Below, piece by piece: positions 33,649-35,972 of a DNA stretch of 35,972 nucleotides. Position numbers and translations under genes: made by a program. Positions within the stretch are counted from its first letter, which is position 1. Each line of letters begins with the position of its first letter. Under the pieces are notes generated by a model. That model saw only the letters and a list, made by a program, of their open reading frames with translations. It did not search any database and was not told where the DNA came from. The DNA comes from a virus, in the IMG/VR virus record IMGVR_UViG_3300045988_035186; one strand, written 5' to 3'.

Positions 33649-34089
33649 CTACCAATCTATAAGATTGCCGAGGTCAAGAGTAACCGGATCCGTTTTCTGC
33701 TCTGCTACATCAGGCTCTTCAAGCTCATACTCGGACATATGTATCTGCATTGCGAAAGTAACCTTTGCTCCGGGGAAAATCTTACCGACAATCTGCTGAT
33801 ACACATCAAGGTCGGAAACTGCAGCGGGGAGCTTCTTTCCCACTTCGTCAATCAGGTTTTCAAGGTTTTCTGCAGCCGTAACGGCTCTTGCAAATTCCTC
33901 GTTCTGCTCTGAAAATTCGCAGAGCATTTTCTTTACCGGCTCAAGAATTGCTTTAGATTTACGGTCTTTAAGATTTTTTTCGTTGCACAACTTGATTTTT
34001 TTTGTTGCAGAGGATATAATTGAATTAGGCTTATTGTTCTTTGTGCTTGTGGCATTCGCGGTGTCACAGGCACTTTTTTTATTGCTCAT
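33649..34089 (-). CDS. PcfK-like protein (family that includes AcrIIA9-type Cas9 inhibitors) - tentative
   Basis: 146 aa, directly upstream of and overlapping the PcfJ-like gene (the pCF10 pcfJ/pcfK pairing). The helical core EEFARAV...SDLDVYQQIV and an acidic tail fit the family pattern only loosely. Confidence 0.35.
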   Translation of the reverse strand: MSNKKSACDTANATSTKNNKPNSIISSATKKIKLCNEKNLKDRKSKAILEPVKKMLCEFSEQNEEFARAVTAAENLENLIDEVGKKLPAAVSDLDVYQQIVGKIFPGAKVTFAMQIHMSEYELEEPDVAEQKTDPVTLDLGNLIDW

Positions 34090-34113
34090 TTCTTCACCTT
34101 CTCCCCGAAAACA

Positions 34114-34320
34114 TCATATGCATACATCATATGCATACATACTGTTAATGCGTTTTCTAAGCTTGATGTTCTCCTTGCGGTAGCCGTTGATTGCGTCATT
34201 CTTAATGCAAAGGTCAAGCCTTGCGTTCTCAAGCTCAATCCGTAGGTGCCTGACTAAGCTATGTAAGTGCTTGTTCTCATCCTTAAGACTGCGTTTTGTT
34301 TTAATGTGTCTGAGTGCCAT
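34114..34320 (-). CDS. Small basic coiled-coil protein
   Basis: 68 aa; no motif recognised. Confidence 0.45.
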   Translation of the reverse strand: MALRHIKTKRSLKDENKHLHSLVRHLRIELENARLDLCIKNDAINGYRKENIKLRKRINSMYAYDVCI

Positions 34321-34338
34321 TTGTTATGCCTCCTTTAA

Positions 34339-34539
34339 TCAACTCAAAATACTTGCAAGGACTGCCTTGCTGATTCCGCCGAGTTTCTTGTTATAGTCTT
34401 TTTGAAAGTGTCGCTTAACAGTAACGCAACTTTTTCCGAGATACTTTGCGATGTCCCGATACTGCAAAACTTCCTTATCCGGAAACGCAATGTCTAACCT
34501 GTCGAGGTTGTCTCGAAATAACGGCTTTTCTCTTGCCAT
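34339..34539 (-). CDS. Small HTH DNA-binding protein (excisionase/MerR-like fold?)
   Basis: ORF 34339..34635. The likely start is the ATG at 34539 (RBS AGGAGGG). ...LQYRDIAKYLGKSCVTVKRHF... is HTH-like. Confidence 0.5.
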   Translation of the reverse strand: MAREKPLFRDNLDRLDIAFPDKEVLQYRDIAKYLGKSCVTVKRHFQKDYNKKLGGISKAVLASILS

Positions 34540-34540
34540 G

Positions 34541-34741
34541 TCATTCCCTCCTGCTCTCCTCTGTAATTTTGTCTGATGCGATTTCAACCTTTTCCACATT
34601 GGCGCCGCTGAGTGCCAGCTTGAGCAGTACCACATCGCCTACTGTTCGGGTAATCTGATAGCTTGTAACATACGGGATTTCCTTGCCGTCTATCTCGAGC
34701 AGGAATTTATCCTTGGTGTCAATGAGTTGTAAACTTGCCAT
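34541..34741 (-). CDS. Hypothetical small protein
   Basis: 66 aa, RBS AGGAGG, second gene of the early operon. Confidence 0.5.
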   Translation of the reverse strand: MASLQLIDTKDKFLLEIDGKEIPYVTSYQITRTVGDVVLLKLALSGANVEKVEIASDKITEESRRE

Positions 34742-34779
34742 TTTGTTTCCTCCTTAAAATTAAACTCGATTACGAGTTG

Positions 34780-34980
34780 TTATTGAGTTCCAATAGTAAT
34801 CTGTACGCCTAACGCCTTAAACAACTTATCAGCGTTTTCAAGTGAAATGCTTTTTTCTCCTTTCTCCCAGTATTGGATAGCTCTTTTTGTAAAGCCTGCT
34901 TTTTTAGCGAGTTCGCTTTGCGAAATTCCTCTTTGTTTTCTGTTTTCTCTCAAAATTATACTAAATTCTTTAATGTGCAT
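34780..34980 (-). CDS. Cro-like XRE-family HTH regulator (first early gene)
   Basis: MHIKEFSIILRENRKQRGISQSELAKKAGFTKRAIQYWEKGEK is the canonical XRE HTH. The ORF track starts at GTG 34989, but that codon has no usable RBS spacing. Confidence 0.8.
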   Translation of the reverse strand: MHIKEFSIILRENRKQRGISQSELAKKAGFTKRAIQYWEKGEKSISLENADKLFKALGVQITIGTQ

Positions 34981-35008
34981 TGATTTCACGACCTTTTTAT
35001 GTTATACT
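34980..35008 (+). promoter_or_regulatory. Candidate promoter for the plus-strand gene
   Basis: TTGATT (34980..34985), 17 nt, TATACT (35003..35008). Confidence 0.55.
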
Positions 35009-35029
35009 ATATTTAGTGGTGAACCCCAA
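35001..35029 (-). promoter_or_regulatory. Candidate early (cro-side) promoter, overlapping the plus-strand promoter at the -10
   Basis: Minus strand TTGGGG (35029..35024), 17 nt, TATAAC (35006..35001). The imperfect palindrome TTAGTGGTGAACCCCAATTCACTAA lies at 35013..35037. Confidence 0.45.
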
Positions 35030-35066
35030 TTCACTAACCATATACAGAAAGCGAGGTGAAATTAAT

Positions 35067-35444
35067 ATGAATCATTCATCACTTAAGAAAAGCTTAATAA
35101 TAGCTATGTCTTGTATTCCGGAAGTCGAAGGTTTAGAAGAAAACAACTTGATATTAACAACTTCTGCCGGAATCATTTCAGGTAAGGTCCCGTCTGAGCA
35201 GGAAATAGACGATGAAAATTCTTTGTGCGGCGTTTTATATGAGATTTGCGATAATACTAAAGAAGAATACTTAAAAAATATTTCTTCTACAGATTCCGAA
35301 CCTGTAATTGTTGGTAATGATGGTTACATAATTTTAAAAGATGTAAAAATAAGATCAACATCGTCCGACACTATCACTCATATGAATTTTATGGTTGTAT
35401 TCTACGACCAAATCATCGGCGTTACTATTGGAAATATTAACTGA
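35067..35444 (+). CDS. Only plus-strand phage gene: 125-aa non-HTH protein in the repressor position, AT-rich
   Basis: ATG at 35067 with RBS GAGGTGA (the ORF-track start 34980 is upstream of the RBS). MNHSSLKKSLIIAMSCIPEVEGLEENNLILTTSAGIISGKVPSEQEIDDE...GNDGYIILKDVKIRS... No family recognised. Confidence 0.6.
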   Translation: MNHSSLKKSLIIAMSCIPEVEGLEENNLILTTSAGIISGKVPSEQEIDDENSLCGVLYEICDNTKEEYLKNISSTDSEPVIVGNDGYIILKDVKIRSTSSDTITHMNFMVVFYDQIIGVTIGNIN

Positions 35445-35458
35445 CGTTACTTTTGTTT

Positions 35459-35499
35459 GCTGACTTTGTACTTGCAATACAAGGTCAGCAATTTCTTTT
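35459..35499 (+). terminator. Intrinsic terminator of the plus-strand gene
   Basis: GCTGACTTTGTA-CTTGCAA-TACAAGGTCAGC followed by AATTTCTTTTG. Confidence 0.65.
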
Positions 35500-35568
35500 G
35501 ATGTACCTTTTACTGTTATTTCCACTATATCACTCCTTTCCTATGCTGTTCTCTGCTGTTTGGCAAAG

Positions 35569-35802
35569 TTAGTTTCTAATAGCTTCTACGAAACAAGAAG
35601 GATTGTTAGTTCTTCCTAATAAGTAATCGGTTGAACAATTAAAAATATCAGCTAAACTCAAAAGTATATTAATGGGAATATTACCTTTTGTTTGCCAATT
35701 ATAATAACTTTTACGTTCAATTTTTAACTTATTAGCAAGGTCTTCTTGTGTCATATTAGCTCTTGCTCTTTCGGCTTCAATATTTGGGTATAAAAACAGC
35801 AC
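35569..35802 (-). CDS. XRE-family HTH regulator (second, promoter-proximal; candidate immunity repressor)
   Basis: The ORF track starts at GTG 35811, inside the RBS. The better start is the GTG at 35802 (AGGAGG plus 8 nt). ...NIEAERARANMTQEDLANKLKIERKSYYNWQTKGNIPINILLSLADIFNCSTDYLLGRT. Confidence 0.8.
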   Translation of the reverse strand: MLFLYPNIEAERARANMTQEDLANKLKIERKSYYNWQTKGNIPINILLSLADIFNCSTDYLLGRTNNPSCFVEAIRN

Positions 35803-35832
35803 TAATCTCACCTCCTTTATCGTGTTAAACAG

Positions 35833-35885
35833 AAATACTCTTATTGCGTATCTGTAAGTTGATTATATACGCAATAAGAGTATTT
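35833..35885. repeat. 19-bp perfect inverted repeat (operator candidate) overlapping that promoter
   Basis: AAATACTCTTATTGCGTAT (35833..35851) and ATACGCAATAAGAGTATTT (35867..35885) with a 15-nt spacer. One arm fills the -35/-10 spacer and the other lies just downstream of the predicted transcription start. Confidence 0.85.
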
Positions 35886-35890
35886 GTCAA
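35862..35890 (-). promoter_or_regulatory. Perfect consensus sigma-70 promoter of the XRE gene
   Basis: Minus strand TTGACA (35890..35885), 17 nt, TATAAT (35867..35862). Confidence 0.8.
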
Positions 35891-35927
35891 TATCTTTTGC
35901 AAGTAAATTACGCACAAAGAATATTAT

Positions 35928-35972
35928 CTGTCTCTTATACACATCTCCGAGCCCACGAGACATGCGCAGATC
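35928..35972. other. Tn5/Nextera mosaic-end adaptor (reverse complement of 1..45)
   Basis: CTGTCTCTTATACACATCTCCGAGCCCACGAGAC followed by ATGCGCAGATC. Confidence 0.95.

Larger units (their letters stand above)
1458..35927. mobile_element. Temperate siphovirus-like prophage (SPP1-like head/tail module), incomplete: the integrase/att end is outside the window
   Basis: Continuous minus-strand phage gene order from switch region to lysis cassette. The left boundary lies somewhere between the tRNA terminator (1457) and the holin terminator (about 1585). The right side is cut by the adaptor. Confidence 0.85.

Noticed and set aside
32093-33799. Plus-strand ORFs antisense to the PcfJ-like gene (32093..32371, 32322..32504, 32455..32664, 32810..33170, 33257..33799)
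   Set aside because: They lie entirely inside a long minus-strand gene with a recognisable motif. They have no RBS and an antisense-type composition.
1-35972. A 45-bp perfect terminal inverted repeat suggesting a transposon, a linear-plasmid/phage ITR, or a complete genome
   Set aside because: The repeat is the Nextera/Tn5 mosaic-end adaptor. The flanking 9-mers differ, so there is neither a target-site duplication nor evidence of circular closure.
1-35972. Search for CRISPR arrays, integrase/recombinase, reverse transcriptase (retron/DGR), toxin-antitoxin pairs and known multi-gene defence systems
   Set aside because: None was recognisable by eye. There are no spaced direct-repeat arrays, no R..H..R..Y recombinase-type or YxDD reverse-transcriptase-type ORFs, and apart from the moron, the plus-strand gene and the MuF C-terminal module, all large ORFs are accounted for by phage modules.

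Overview
This 35,972-nt window is capped at both ends by Tn5/Nextera mosaic-end adaptor sequence (1..45 and its exact reverse complement 35928..35972). It is therefore a library fragment, not a natural genome end. The leftmost ~1.4 kb looks like chromosome of a spore-forming Firmicute (probably Clostridia). It holds a 3'-truncated GerQ-like spore-coat gene not in the ORF track (46..743, TTG start), a CwlJ/SleB-family cortex hydrolase (756..1199), and a tRNA-Ser(CGA) (1334..1425, +) with a perfect consensus promoter and its own terminator. The rest (~1.46..35.9 kb) is one temperate siphovirus-type prophage with an SPP1-like morphogenesis module, transcribed almost entirely on the minus strand. 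Reading right to left, the order is as follows. (1) An immunity/switch region with two small XRE HTH genes and a single plus-strand non-HTH gene. (2) An early region with a PcfK/PcfJ-like pair. (3) A replication/recombination module: Gp157, AAA_24/Sak4-like ATPase, SF2 helicase, VRR-NUC, DUF669 SSB-like protein, Prim-Pol/D5 primase-helicase. (4) A mosaic accessory region: methyltransferase-like ORF, MazG-like protein, YopX remnant. (5) A sigma-region-4/DUF1492-like late regulator. (6) DUF4417 plus two genes whose products start MGGRG. (7) TerS, TerL, portal, MuF, scaffold, major capsid protein and connectors. (8) Major tail protein, chaperones, an inserted moron, a 1332-aa tape measure, tail tip and fibre. 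(9) Endolysin (GH25 + ChW-like repeats) and holin. No integrase, CRISPR array, reverse transcriptase or rRNA is present, so the integrase end of the prophage lies outside the window. The candidates most worth follow-up are: (a) a MuF head protein whose AT-rich C-terminal module has a JAB/MPN (RadC-like) metal-site pattern, followed by an acidic mini-ORF and tandem terminators; (b) a self-contained moron between the tail chaperones and the tape measure, encoding a 2-TM protein with two RanBP2-type zinc fingers; (c) an atypical immunity region with overlapping divergent promoters and a non-HTH gene in the repressor position; (d) the DUF4417 + two MGGRG-protein cassette; (e) a lambda-Q-like layout (regulator gene, then promoter, then leader terminator) followed by many intrinsic terminators inside the late operon. 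All family assignments come from motif recognition by eye. No database search was run.
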